DNA of 60,294 bases from Oscillospiraceae bacterium (lineage in GTDB: Bacteria; Bacillota; Clostridia; Oscillospirales; UBA929), in the NCBI GenBank assembly GCA_031549605.1, contig JAVBPM010000023.1:1-60294 (forward strand), read 5' to 3'. Position 1 is the stretch's first letter; every line of letters begins with the position of its first letter. The notes beneath the pieces are model-generated. The model had not been told where the DNA came from, ran no database searches, and saw only the letters and a list, made by a program, of their open reading frames with translations. Shown here in pieces: positions 1 through 8,885 of this stretch. Both the position numbers and the translations under genes were made by a program.

Positions 1-2
1 TG

Positions 3-2108
3 CTGCTGTCGCTGACTGCGCCTGTTGCACTGCGGGCCAATGCAGTAGGTATCGAGAGTCAGTACCTCACGCTCAAGGCTACCACGCTTGACGGTCTCAA
101 GGCTGAGTTGCGCGGCATTTACAGCTACCTGCTGCTGACCAACCAGCCGACGGTATCAATGGATTATCGCATTGTAGTGCGCAAGGCCGACAACCCGCAG
201 GGCTACGCCGCGCTACTTGCCGAATCGACCTACGCCGACTTTGGTGTGCTGGCCAGTGAAGAGCTCAACAAAATGCTGTTTAATTACCCGTGGAACGACC
301 ACTATCTTTCGGTTTCAGGCGGTCCTAACTTGTACATAACGAATGCTATGTTCACGACTTACCCCGATACGGTGGTGTGCAGACTTGATTATAGCGTCGA
401 CAGTGAGGCGCCATCGACCACCAAGTCGGAAGCGTTAAAAGACGTTGATGCCTTTTTTGACAACAAACTGCCGAATCACCCTTATCCGGCACAGGGCTCT
501 AATTTGGACAAAATCCGAGCTATCAACAAGTATATCTGCCAAAAGTATTACTACGGTTATGGAAAGGATCCCTACGCCGTTGACTGCTGGGGCTACACCG
601 CTGTCGGGATGCATATGCTGCGCCGTGCCGGTTTTCCGTGCATGTCAGTTAGCAACTGGGAGCGCTACTACAACGCTGGCGACAACGAGCATGAGTGGAT
701 CAACGTCTTTGTCGAGGGGTACTGGTACGCTTGCGACTTTAACGTCAACGACACCGGCTTTGAAGATAAGAACAATCTGAGCTATGATGAATTTATGCTG
801 TTGAGCAGTGATGACGGACTTTTTAAATACACAAGCCCGCACCCCGTGTGCGACAGAGACTACGGCACACCGACAACTATGCCGCCCATTCTGAAAGGTG
901 CGCCTCCGGCGTCGATTGCGCCAACATTGCTGTCAGACGGCCGTGAGCAGCACCCGGTGCAAGAGCCTGCTCTGCCGCTGGTGACTCAGCTGACCGCTAC
1001 CAGCGCCTCAGACACCAGTTTGACCTTAACCTGGACGGCAGTGCCTGGTGCCCGCTCCTACGTCGTGAAATACAGCACAGAACCGGGTCCCTTCAGATCC
1101 GGATACGGCAAAGACGTCGTCGGTGCCACTACCACAACGCTGAACAATCTCACCAAGGGCAAAACCTATTATATTCGAGTTTCGGCTCAACTTTACATCC
1201 GTGGCGGTGGCTATGATACTGATAAAGCCAAAGTCTTTGTTGCTTGTCCGGGCGCGACGCTGGCGCCAACCGTCAGCGCCGCCAACGTTAACAGCAGCGG
1301 CGTCTGCACCAGCCTAATCGCGCCGTGTGAGCCGGGTCAGAAGGCGGCCGCAGCGCCGGTGATTAGCGCCAGTGTGCAGGTCAGCAGCGCCAAACTCAAG
1401 GTGCCGGTGCACGAGCCGGACGGCCGTCCCATGGCGGTCGGCACCGTTGTCTACTACGGCGCCAAACCGGCCGGTGGCAAGCTGTTTAAGGTGAGCGGCA
1501 AGGCGACCGTCGACGCCGACGGTACAATCCTGCTGCCGGTCAGCAAGGGCAGCCGTCAGTTGCTGCTGCTGCACGAGCTGCCGTTTACCGACGTGCCGGC
1601 CACCGAATGGTATGCCGCGCCACTGCGCAACCTATATTACAGCAACATCGTCAACGGCACCTCGTCAACACACTACGCGCCCGGTGATACGACCAACCGC
1701 GCCATGGTCGTCACGCTGCTGCACACTCTGTCGGGCAAGCCCAAAGCCACGGCTGCCAGCCCCTTTGCCGATGTCAAAACAGCCGACTGGTTTGCGCCGC
1801 AGGTCCTCTGGGCCTATGAGCAGGGCTACGCCAACGGCGTGGGCAACCACAAGTTCGCGCCGCTGCGACCCGTGGCACGACAGCACTTTGTACTCTTTTT
1901 GCACCGTTACGCCGGCAAGCCGGCAAGCCGGCAATCGCTGACCGACTTTGTCGACGCCGACCAGCTGGAAAAGACGTCGGTCGCCGCTATGCGCTGGGCG
2001 GTGGAAAACAAGCTGATTAGCGGCAAGCCGGGCGGCTTGCTCGACCCGCAAGGCCCCACCACTCGCGCCGAAATGACCAAGATTATCGAACGCTTCCTAT
2101 CGCTGTAA
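3..2108 (+). CDS. SLH-anchored surface protein with transglutaminase-like domain and FN3 domain (5'-truncated by window)
   Basis: Frame open from base 3 (LLSLTAPVALRANA, signal-peptide-like end); Cys/His/Asp motifs VDCWGY, HEWINV, WYACD; FN3-like LTWTAVPGARSYVVKY...LTKGKTYYIRVSA; C-terminal SLH repeats (FTDVPATEWYA, FADVKTADWFA, TTRAEM). Confidence 0.8.
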   Translation: MLSLTAPVALRANAVGIESQYLTLKATTLDGLKAELRGIYSYLLLTNQPTVSMDYRIVVRKADNPQGYAALLAESTYADFGVLASEELNKMLFNYPWNDHYLSVSGGPNLYITNAMFTTYPDTVVCRLDYSVDSEAPSTTKSEALKDVDAFFDNKLPNHPYPAQGSNLDKIRAINKYICQKYYYGYGKDPYAVDCWGYTAVGMHMLRRAGFPCMSVSNWERYYNAGDNEHEWINVFVEGYWYACDFNVNDTGFEDKNNLSYDEFMLLSSDDGLFKYTSPHPVCDRDYGTPTTMPPILKGAPPASIAPTLLSDGREQHPVQEPALPLVTQLTATSASDTSLTLTWTAVPGARSYVVKYSTEPGPFRSGYGKDVVGATTTTLNNLTKGKTYYIRVSAQLYIRGGGYDTDKAKVFVACPGATLAPTVSAANVNSSGVCTSLIAPCEPGQKAAAAPVISASVQVSSAKLKVPVHEPDGRPMAVGTVVYYGAKPAGGKLFKVSGKATVDADGTILLPVSKGSRQLLLLHELPFTDVPATEWYAAPLRNLYYSNIVNGTSSTHYAPGDTTNRAMVVTLLHTLSGKPKATAASPFADVKTADWFAPQVLWAYEQGYANGVGNHKFAPLRPVARQHFVLFLHRYAGKPASRQSLTDFVDADQLEKTSVAAMRWAVENKLISGKPGGLLDPQGPTTRAEMTKIIERFLSL

Positions 2109-2187
2109 CGCGCGCTTCGCATTTTTAGGTTGCAAGTTGCACAAAGATGCGGTACAATGCCCTATAGCTTTGATAGGATGTGACGAA

Positions 2188-3141
2188 ATGCTACCCAAGG
2201 AATTTCAATTTACCGCTGAGCAAATCGGCGAGGCCAATCAGTTTATTGAGGATTTAATCAACGCCGTGCCCATGTCGCTCAACTTTTGGAGCCTCAAGTC
2301 GCAGTACTCGGTGCTGGCCAACGAGGCGGCCATGGGCGTGTTTAACGTCGCGTCGCCCGAGGAGTTTAACGAGCTGTTCCTCGAATTGTCGCCCGAAATC
2401 CAGCCCGACGGCATTGCAACCGCGGTCAAGGCCGAGCAAAACGTCAAAACCGCCTTTGAAAAGGGCTTTGTCCACTTTGAATGGATGCACCAAACCAAGG
2501 ACAAGGAGCTGATTCCCGCCGAGGTGGTGCTGGTGCGCATCGACCGCGGCGACGAGGTCTTTGTCGCCGGCTTTGTGCGCGATCTGCGCGAGCTCAACCA
2601 GACCATTGCCATGCTGAAAAACATGGAGGAGCTGGCGTTCACCGACGAGTTGACCGGCATTTTTAACCGCCGTCATTTTATGAAGCTGGCGCAGGAGCTG
2701 CTGATTGAGACCAAAAAATCCAAGAACAAATTCTTCATCGTCATGTTTGACGGCGACCATTTTAAGAACATCAACGACACCTACGGCCATCAGGCGGGTG
2801 ACTATGTGCTCAAGGAGCTGGCCGCGCTGCTTAGGCACGCCATGCGCGCCCACGACGTCGTCGGCCGGTACGGCGGCGAGGAGTTTATCATCGCCATGAA
2901 CTGCGCCGAGACCGACAACGCCGTCTTTGTCGCCGAGCGTGTGCGCCGTATGGTGGAGGAGCATCGCTTTGTCTTTGAGGGGCAGACCATCCCGGTCACC
3001 ATCAGTCTCGGCATGGCCGAGGCGCACCCCTACGACCTGCAACTCGACAAAATCATCGCCAACGCCGACAAGGCGCTGTATACCGCCAAGAAAAACGGAC
3101 GCAACCGCGTCGAGCGGTTTGAAAATAACGGCGAAGGATAA
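2188..3141 (+). CDS. PAS-like sensor diguanylate cyclase (GGDEF)
   Basis: TDELTGIFNRR, HFKNINDTYGHQAGD, RAHD I-site, GRYGGEEF, AKKNGRNR; ATG at 2188 chosen. Confidence 0.9.
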   Translation: MLPKEFQFTAEQIGEANQFIEDLINAVPMSLNFWSLKSQYSVLANEAAMGVFNVASPEEFNELFLELSPEIQPDGIATAVKAEQNVKTAFEKGFVHFEWMHQTKDKELIPAEVVLVRIDRGDEVFVAGFVRDLRELNQTIAMLKNMEELAFTDELTGIFNRRHFMKLAQELLIETKKSKNKFFIVMFDGDHFKNINDTYGHQAGDYVLKELAALLRHAMRAHDVVGRYGGEEFIIAMNCAETDNAVFVAERVRRMVEEHRFVFEGQTIPVTISLGMAEAHPYDLQLDKIIANADKALYTAKKNGRNRVERFENNGEG

Positions 3142-3152
3142 GGAGTGTTTGT

Positions 3153-3578
3153 ATGAAATTCGACCTGTTCATCAACTTTGACGGCGAGTGCCGCGAGGCC
3201 GTGGCCTTCTACGCGCGCGTGTTTCAATCGGAGGTGCGCGACCTGATGACCTACGGCACCATGCCGCCCGACCCCGGCTTTCCCGTCGCGGCGGCCGACG
3301 TTGACAAGATTGCCTACTGCTGCGTGCCCATCTTCGGCTGCAACGTCATGTTCACCGATACGCCCAGCGGTATGCCGTTTGTCAAGGGCAACAACCTCAG
3401 CCCCACGCTCAGCGCCGACAGCGCTGACGAAATCACCCGCATTTTCAACGAGTTAAAAGAGGGCGGCACCGTCGACATGCCACTGCAAAAGACATTTTGG
3501 AGCGATTTGTATGGCTGCGTCACCGATCGCTACGGCGTCATCTGGCAGCTGTCGTGCGAAGGCACAGAAACCAAGTAA
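3153..3578 (+). CDS. VOC/PhnB-like glyoxalase family protein
   Basis: FDGECREAVAFYARVF...MPLQKTFWSDLYGCVTDRYGVIWQL; AAGGAG RBS. Confidence 0.85.
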   Translation: MKFDLFINFDGECREAVAFYARVFQSEVRDLMTYGTMPPDPGFPVAAADVDKIAYCCVPIFGCNVMFTDTPSGMPFVKGNNLSPTLSADSADEITRIFNELKEGGTVDMPLQKTFWSDLYGCVTDRYGVIWQLSCEGTETK

Positions 3579-3644
3579 ACCAAGCGCAAAGCGCCGACCC
3601 GCCGGGTCGGCGCATAGTACAAAAGAAGCGTCGGAGGTGTCGCG

Positions 3645-4802
3645 TTGTTTATCGTCATGATGGTCGTGGTGCTGCTTGTGCTCGGCGCCGCGTGCTACTA
3701 CATAGGCCGCCGGCTGCAAGCCTATCTGCGCGCGTGGGGCTTAAGATTTAAGGGGCGTAGCTATTGGTGGCCGTTCGGTTTGTTCTACGCCTTTATGATT
3801 TTTTGCTTTGCCGCGCCGGCCGCGCTGCCGGGCGTCAGTTTGCTGCGCACGGCCGGAGCGCTGTGGCTGGGCGTCTTGCTCTACACGCTGCTGGTCGGCG
3901 CGTTTCTCGAGCTGCTGCGCCTGTGCCGCGTCAGGTTCAAAACACGTCGTGCGGTGCGGACGGTCGGCACGGCGGCCATCGTGCTGGTCGCTTGCGTGGT
4001 CACCTACGGCGCGCTGCACTACCGCGACATCCAGACCAAGCACTACAACGTCACCATTCACAAAGCCGATACCGTGCCGTCGCTGCAGCTGGTGCTGGCC
4101 ACCGACCTGCACCTCGGCTACATCAACGACACAGACAATCTTGAGGATATGGTGGCAAGCATCGCCGCACAGTCGCCCGATTTAGTGCTGCTCGGCGGCG
4201 ACCTCTTTGACGGCAGCTATGCCGCGCTGGCCGACCCCGACCGCGCCGCCTCGCTGCTGGCGTCAGTCAAGCCCAAATACGGCGTCTATGCCGTGCTGGG
4301 CAACCACGACGCGGGGCCAAGCTACTACGACATGGTGGACTTTTGCCGGCGCGCCGGCATCACGCTGCTGCGCGACGAACTGGCCGTTGTCAGCGACCCG
4401 TCGACACAGCAGCCGGTGCTGCAACTGATAGGTCGCCGTGACCGTCGTCCCATCGGCATGACCGGCAGCGAAGCCGACCGCGCGCCGCTGGCCGACCTTG
4501 ACAACGGCGTTGACCCGGCGCTGCCGCTGATTGTGCTTGATCACCAGCCGCACGCCGTCGACGAGGCGGCGGCCATCGGCGCCGACCTCATGCTGTCCGG
4601 CCACACGCATCAGGGTCAGATGTTTCCCATGAACCTCATCACCAAGCTAAGCTACAAAATGGACTATGGCTACGGCAGCTTCGACGGCACCCAGCAAATC
4701 GTAAGCTCAGGCATAGCCGGCTGGGGCCCGCCGCTAAGAATAGGCACCGACTCCGAGGTAGTGGTCATAGACCTGACGTTCGAACAGCAGACGATAGAAT
4801 AA
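3645..4802 (+). CDS. Membrane-anchored metallophosphoesterase
   Basis: N-terminal TM helices; DLHLG, GGDLFD, GNHD, LSGHTHQGQ motifs. Confidence 0.9.
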   Translation: MFIVMMVVVLLVLGAACYYIGRRLQAYLRAWGLRFKGRSYWWPFGLFYAFMIFCFAAPAALPGVSLLRTAGALWLGVLLYTLLVGAFLELLRLCRVRFKTRRAVRTVGTAAIVLVACVVTYGALHYRDIQTKHYNVTIHKADTVPSLQLVLATDLHLGYINDTDNLEDMVASIAAQSPDLVLLGGDLFDGSYAALADPDRAASLLASVKPKYGVYAVLGNHDAGPSYYDMVDFCRRAGITLLRDELAVVSDPSTQQPVLQLIGRRDRRPIGMTGSEADRAPLADLDNGVDPALPLIVLDHQPHAVDEAAAIGADLMLSGHTHQGQMFPMNLITKLSYKMDYGYGSFDGTQQIVSSGIAGWGPPLRIGTDSEVVVIDLTFEQQTIE

Positions 4803-4830
4803 ACCAAGGGCGCCCAAACGGGCGCCCTTG

Positions 4831-5081
4831 CTGCGTGTCAAAAAACTTGTTTTCTGGCACGCAGACAGACTGACAAAGAAGTGCGCAAACAAAAAAACAC
4901 TGTCCGTCGGCGCACGATGGTACGCTAGGGCAGCGTTTCTGTAGCAAGTAAAACCATTGCGGCGCAGCGACTTTGTCGATGCGCCGCAAATCGTCTGTCG
5001 AGAATCAAGACATAGCTTTGCGTCGCCGTATGCTCTTTTTTCTGACACTGGTTTTACGGTGCGCGCTTTTTTGACAGTCTG
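4831..5081. mobile_element. 251-bp MITE-like element, family A copy 1
   Basis: Similar to 11979-12229 and 21934-22184; terminal IR TGTCAAAAAA/TTTTTTGACA; flanked by near-identical hairpins at 4807-4830 and 5082-5103. Confidence 0.85.
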
Positions 5082-5109
5082 AGGGCGTCCAAACGGGCGC
5101 CGTGCAGTA

Positions 5110-5928
5110 TTACAAATCCCGCTTGCGGAACAGCAGCCAGGCGCATAGGCCGGCCAGTGCGATGTAGCACACTGTCCACAGCGGCATATGGTCGGGCATG
5201 CTGTTGACGGCCTGGCCGCTGAGGCCGCTCATAAAGTCAACGTCGGACAGCTGCTGGCTGGCCAGCGAGCCGATGGCCGAAAACGGCGACAGGTGGATGA
5301 TGGCGTAGCCGACCTTGTACACGCCCTCGCTGAGCGGTCGCAGCGCCACCATTGAGCTGCCCAAGTCGCCGATAAAGTACATCGACAGCAGAATGATGTT
5401 GGTTGCCGCGGTGCGCAGCCGCGCGCCCAGCGCCTGTGCCAGCGCCACAAGCGCCGTTTGCATCAGCGCCAGATACAGCCATGCGGTGAGTATGTCGCTT
5501 AACGCTACGCCGCCCGCCGACGTGATGCCCAGCAGTGCGCAGAGCAGCATCAGCGCGCCAAAGGAAGCGGCCGAAAAACAGAGGCTGACCGTCAGCGCGC
5601 CGGCCAGTCGACCGGCCAGATACTGTAGCCGGGTGACCGGCCGCGACAGCACGCCGTGCAGCAGTCCCGTTTCGCAGTCGTTGGCAATGCTGCTCGAGCC
5701 GGTCAAAATGGCGGTCAGCGTCGAGAACATGACCAGAAAAGAAAAGCCAATGAGCAAAAAACCAAGCCCCAGCTCTTCGCTGCGTCCAAAGTTCGTTGAA
5801 ATGGCGTTTTTGGCCACCACATAGCCCAGCGTCCACAGCACGAGGAAAATCAGCGTGATGATGCTGAGCACAAGCAGCGTTTTCTTGCGCCGCGCCTCCA
5901 GCACGGTTACTCTCCAGATGGCGGTCAT
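5110..5928 (-). CDS. ABC-2 type transporter permease
   Basis: Multi-TM; ETGLLHGVLSRPVTRLQYLAGRL motif; overlaps the ATPase gene. Confidence 0.85.
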   Translation of the reverse strand: MTAIWRVTVLEARRKKTLLVLSIITLIFLVLWTLGYVVAKNAISTNFGRSEELGLGFLLIGFSFLVMFSTLTAILTGSSSIANDCETGLLHGVLSRPVTRLQYLAGRLAGALTVSLCFSAASFGALMLLCALLGITSAGGVALSDILTAWLYLALMQTALVALAQALGARLRTAATNIILLSMYFIGDLGSSMVALRPLSEGVYKVGYAIIHLSPFSAIGSLASQQLSDVDFMSGLSGQAVNSMPDHMPLWTVCYIALAGLCAWLLFRKRDL

Positions 5929-6848
5929 GCCGACGCACCTCCCTGTTCGGAGGTGTGTTCAATCAGGTCGATAAACATCTCCTCCAGCTCCAGTCGCTTG
6001 CCGGCCACGCCATAGATGTCAACCTGCTGATTGACCAGCAGGCGCACGACCTCGGCCGCCGCTTGCTCGTCCTTGAGCGTCAGCGTCAGCGTGTCGCCCT
6101 CGCGTGCCGGCTGCGTGCCCAGGTGCGTCGTCAGTGCCGCCATCGCGGCGTCGGATAGTCCGCCGGTCTTGATGGTAAAGTAGTTGGTCTGACCCAGCGC
6201 CTCGTCGGTCGAGCCGGAAAACACAATGCGTCCCTTGTTGATAATGGTCAGGTGGTCGCACACGGTCTCAACCTCGGCCAGCAGGTGGCTGTTGAGAAAA
6301 ATCGTGACGCCGTGCTTCTTCAGCCCGGCCATCAGCTCGCGCATATCCTTGCGGCCGATGGGGTCAAGCGCCGACGACGGCTCGTCTAAGAGCAGCAGCT
6401 GCGGGTTGCACAGCATGGCGCACGCCAAGCCAATGCGCTGCTGCATACCTTTGGAATAGGTGCCCACCTTCTGCTTTTCGGCACCCTTTAGCCCGACGAG
6501 GTTAAGCGCCCAGTCGTTGCGGTCGCGGCTCTGCGGCAGTCGGTACAGCGCCGTGTGGTAGTTGAGCAGCTCGTCGCCGGTCATCCACGGTTGGAATTGA
6601 AAGAGTTCGGGCAGATAGCCCATGCGCTGCCGCGCCGCCGTGTGGCCGAGTTGGTGACCCAGCACAGTCGCTGTGCCCGAAGTCGGGCGAATGAGACCGG
6701 TCAGCATCTTGATGGTGGTGCTTTTGCCCGCGCCGTTGGGGCCGAGAAAGCCGTAGCAGCCGCCCTCGTTGACCGAAAAACTGAGGTTGTCAACGACCAG
6801 CTTGCTGCCAAACCGCTTGGTTAACCCGTGCGTTTCGATGACAGTCAT
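5925..6848 (-). CDS. ABC transporter ATP-binding protein
   Basis: Walker A GPNGAGKST, signature YSKGMQQR, Walker B LLLLDEP. Confidence 0.95.
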   Translation of the reverse strand: MTVIETHGLTKRFGSKLVVDNLSFSVNEGGCYGFLGPNGAGKSTTIKMLTGLIRPTSGTATVLGHQLGHTAARQRMGYLPELFQFQPWMTGDELLNYHTALYRLPQSRDRNDWALNLVGLKGAEKQKVGTYSKGMQQRIGLACAMLCNPQLLLLDEPSSALDPIGRKDMRELMAGLKKHGVTIFLNSHLLAEVETVCDHLTIINKGRIVFSGSTDEALGQTNYFTIKTGGLSDAAMAALTTHLGTQPAREGDTLTLTLKDEQAAAEVVRLLVNQQVDIYGVAGKRLELEEMFIDLIEHTSEQGGASA

Positions 6849-6910
6849 GCGTATTCTCCTTGTGATTGTAAAATTTTAACAAAACATTTGCGCGCAAACG
6901 GAAAAAAGCC

Positions 6911-6939
6911 TTGCTATTGTACGGAAAATACTGTATACT
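6911..6939 (+). promoter_or_regulatory. Putative sigma-A promoter of carD
   Basis: TTGCTA-17 nt-TATACT. Confidence 0.5.
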
Positions 6940-6987
6940 AAACTAGATGGCATGTCAATAAACTTTATGATGGGAGGGTTCGGCATC

Positions 6988-7464
6988 ATGTTTTCGATCG
7001 GCGATAAGATTGTTCACCCGCTGCACGGCGCTGGTGTCGTGTCCGACATCATTGACCAGCGCATCAACGGCATCAACCGTCAGTACTACGTGCTGCATAT
7101 CCCTGTCGGCGATATGAGCGTTATGATACCCACCCACAACACCGCTGAAATCGGCGTGCGCGCCGTGCTGTCGGCCGACGACGCCGAGGTGCTGATGGAA
7201 AGCCTGACCGACATCGACGTCGACATGACCAGCAACTGGAACCGACGCTACCGCGAGAATATGCTGCGCATCAAGAGCGGCGATTTGCGCGAGGTGTCGA
7301 AGGTCGTCAAGGGCCTGATGGCGCGCGAGGCGCAGACCGGCCTGTCAACCGGCGAGCGCAAGATGCTCAGCTCGGCCAAAAACATTCTCATCAGCGAGCT
7401 GGTCTTGGCGCAAAGCGCCGAGTACAGCGTCGTCGAGGAGCGCATTACCCGCGCGCTGGCGTAA
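6988..7464 (+). CDS. carD: CarD family transcriptional regulator
   Basis: MFSIGDKIVHPLHGAG...NWNRRYRENMLRIKSGDL...LSTGERKML. Confidence 0.92.
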   Translation: MFSIGDKIVHPLHGAGVVSDIIDQRINGINRQYYVLHIPVGDMSVMIPTHNTAEIGVRAVLSADDAEVLMESLTDIDVDMTSNWNRRYRENMLRIKSGDLREVSKVVKGLMAREAQTGLSTGERKMLSSAKNILISELVLAQSAEYSVVEERITRALA

Positions 7465-7480
7465 CGATAACAGTAAACCC

Positions 7481-7510
7481 ATCGCCGCATTGTCAATGCG
7501 GCGATTTTTT
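7481..7510 (+). terminator. Intrinsic terminator after carD
   Basis: ATCGCCGCATTG-T-CAATGCGGCGAT followed by T run. Confidence 0.8.
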
Positions 7511-7534
7511 ATACCCTTTTGCCGCGTAAACGGC

Positions 7535-7563
7535 TTGCCGACTTCCGCGTGCGGAAGTATAAT
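7535..7563 (+). promoter_or_regulatory. Promoter with palindromic operator filling the spacer
   Basis: TTGCCG-17 nt-TATAAT; ACTTCCGC-GT-GCGGAAGT at 7541-7558. Confidence 0.6.
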
Positions 7564-7585
7564 AAGCGTACAGGTGGTGGGCGTT

Positions 7586-8761
7586 ATGAAGCTGTCTGAT
7601 TACATCACCGTCAAAGCGGCTGCGGCACACTGGGGCGTTAGCACGCGCTATGTAACGCAGTGCCTTGCCGCCGGACGGGTGCCCGGCGCGGTCAAGCGGG
7701 GGCGGCAGTGGCTGCTGCCGCGCGACGCGCGCAAGCCAAGCGGCCATGCAATGCCGGCCAGCGCGCTGGCACAACAGCTGCGCGACCTTTCCGACCTCAC
7801 CTCGCAGCCCATGCCGCGCGACAACCCCGACGCCATACTCGGCACGCTGACCGAGCCGCGTGTGCGACTGCAATATGAGGGCGAGCTGGCCTATCTGCGC
7901 GGCGACTTTGAGCGGGTGGTGGCCTGCTTTGCCGCGCTGGAACACGACGACGCGGCCAAGCTCCGGGCCTGTCCGCTGACCATTGCCGCTGCCATCAGCA
8001 CCGGCAACTACACGCTCTATACGACGATTGAGGCGTATCTCAAAACGCTGATTGCCGCGCCAAACGACCCCGTTGTATCCGCCGTGGCCGAGCTGGCGCT
8101 CAACACCGCCTACGTCAGCGCCATCGCGCCCAACATGGTGTCACCCTGGCTGAAGGAGGGCGACTTTGCGGCGCTGCCACCGCCCGCGTGGCCCGACGCC
8201 GCCTACAAGCGCGCCAAGTACTTTCAGGGGCTGGGGCGCTACGAGTCGATGCTGGCCGTGGCGCAGACGGCGCTGGCCTTTTGCACGACAGGGCAGGGGA
8301 TTTTGTACCCCGAATTGTATCTGCGCGTCACGTGCGCGGCTGCCTGCTGCGGGCTGCAACGCGAGACGCAGGCCGAGCAGTACCTGTCGGACGCATTGGC
8401 CATCGCACTGCCGCACGGCTTTGTCACGCCCTTTGCCGAATCGGCGGTCGCCTTTGGCGGCCTGCTGGAGCGGTGCTTAGAGCGGCAGTACCCCGACCAG
8501 CTGGACGTGGTGGCGCGTAACTGGCGGCACACCGTCGCCAACTGGATGCGCTTTCACAACCGGTTTACCAAGGACAACATCACGTCTATTTTGTCGCTGC
8601 GCCAGTATGAGATTGCCTCGCTGGCGGCCCACCACGTGCCGCGCGCCGAAATCGCGCGCCGGTTTCACATCTCGGAGGGCCGTCTCAACAACATCTTGCA
8701 GGAAATCTACGCCAAGCTGCTGGTGTCCGGCCGCGACGAGCTGCTGCAGTTTATACTATAA
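7586..8761 (+). CDS. Transcriptional regulator with N-terminal excisionase-like HTH, helical middle region and C-terminal LuxR-like HTH
   Basis: YITVKAAAAHWGVSTRYV...GRVPGAVKRGRQWLLPRDARKP; C-terminal LSLRQYEIASLAA...EIARRFHISEG...IYAKLLVSGRDEL. Confidence 0.8.
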   Translation: MKLSDYITVKAAAAHWGVSTRYVTQCLAAGRVPGAVKRGRQWLLPRDARKPSGHAMPASALAQQLRDLSDLTSQPMPRDNPDAILGTLTEPRVRLQYEGELAYLRGDFERVVACFAALEHDDAAKLRACPLTIAAAISTGNYTLYTTIEAYLKTLIAAPNDPVVSAVAELALNTAYVSAIAPNMVSPWLKEGDFAALPPPAWPDAAYKRAKYFQGLGRYESMLAVAQTALAFCTTGQGILYPELYLRVTCAAACCGLQRETQAEQYLSDALAIALPHGFVTPFAESAVAFGGLLERCLERQYPDQLDVVARNWRHTVANWMRFHNRFTKDNITSILSLRQYEIASLAAHHVPRAEIARRFHISEGRLNNILQEIYAKLLVSGRDELLQFIL

Positions 8762-8772
8762 CGGCGCAAAAC

Positions 8773-8798
8773 GTGTATTTTCTCGACTGAAAATACAC
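8773..8798. promoter_or_regulatory. Perfect 10-bp inverted repeat, candidate operator
   Basis: GTGTATTTTC-TCGACT-GAAAATACAC; AT-rich, no U tail. Confidence 0.55.
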
Positions 8799-8885
8799 TC
8801 CCAAAGCGCCGAAAAAACCTTCATAATAACAATGTAGCAGTTGTTATTGTGGAGGTTTTTCTGGAGTTAAGGAGGGAATTAGACC

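Noticed and set aside
4734..5048. ORFs overlapping family A elements (also 11364-12251, 11976-12230, 21811-22194)
   Set aside because: Frames and lengths are not conserved between copies and there are no transposase motifs.
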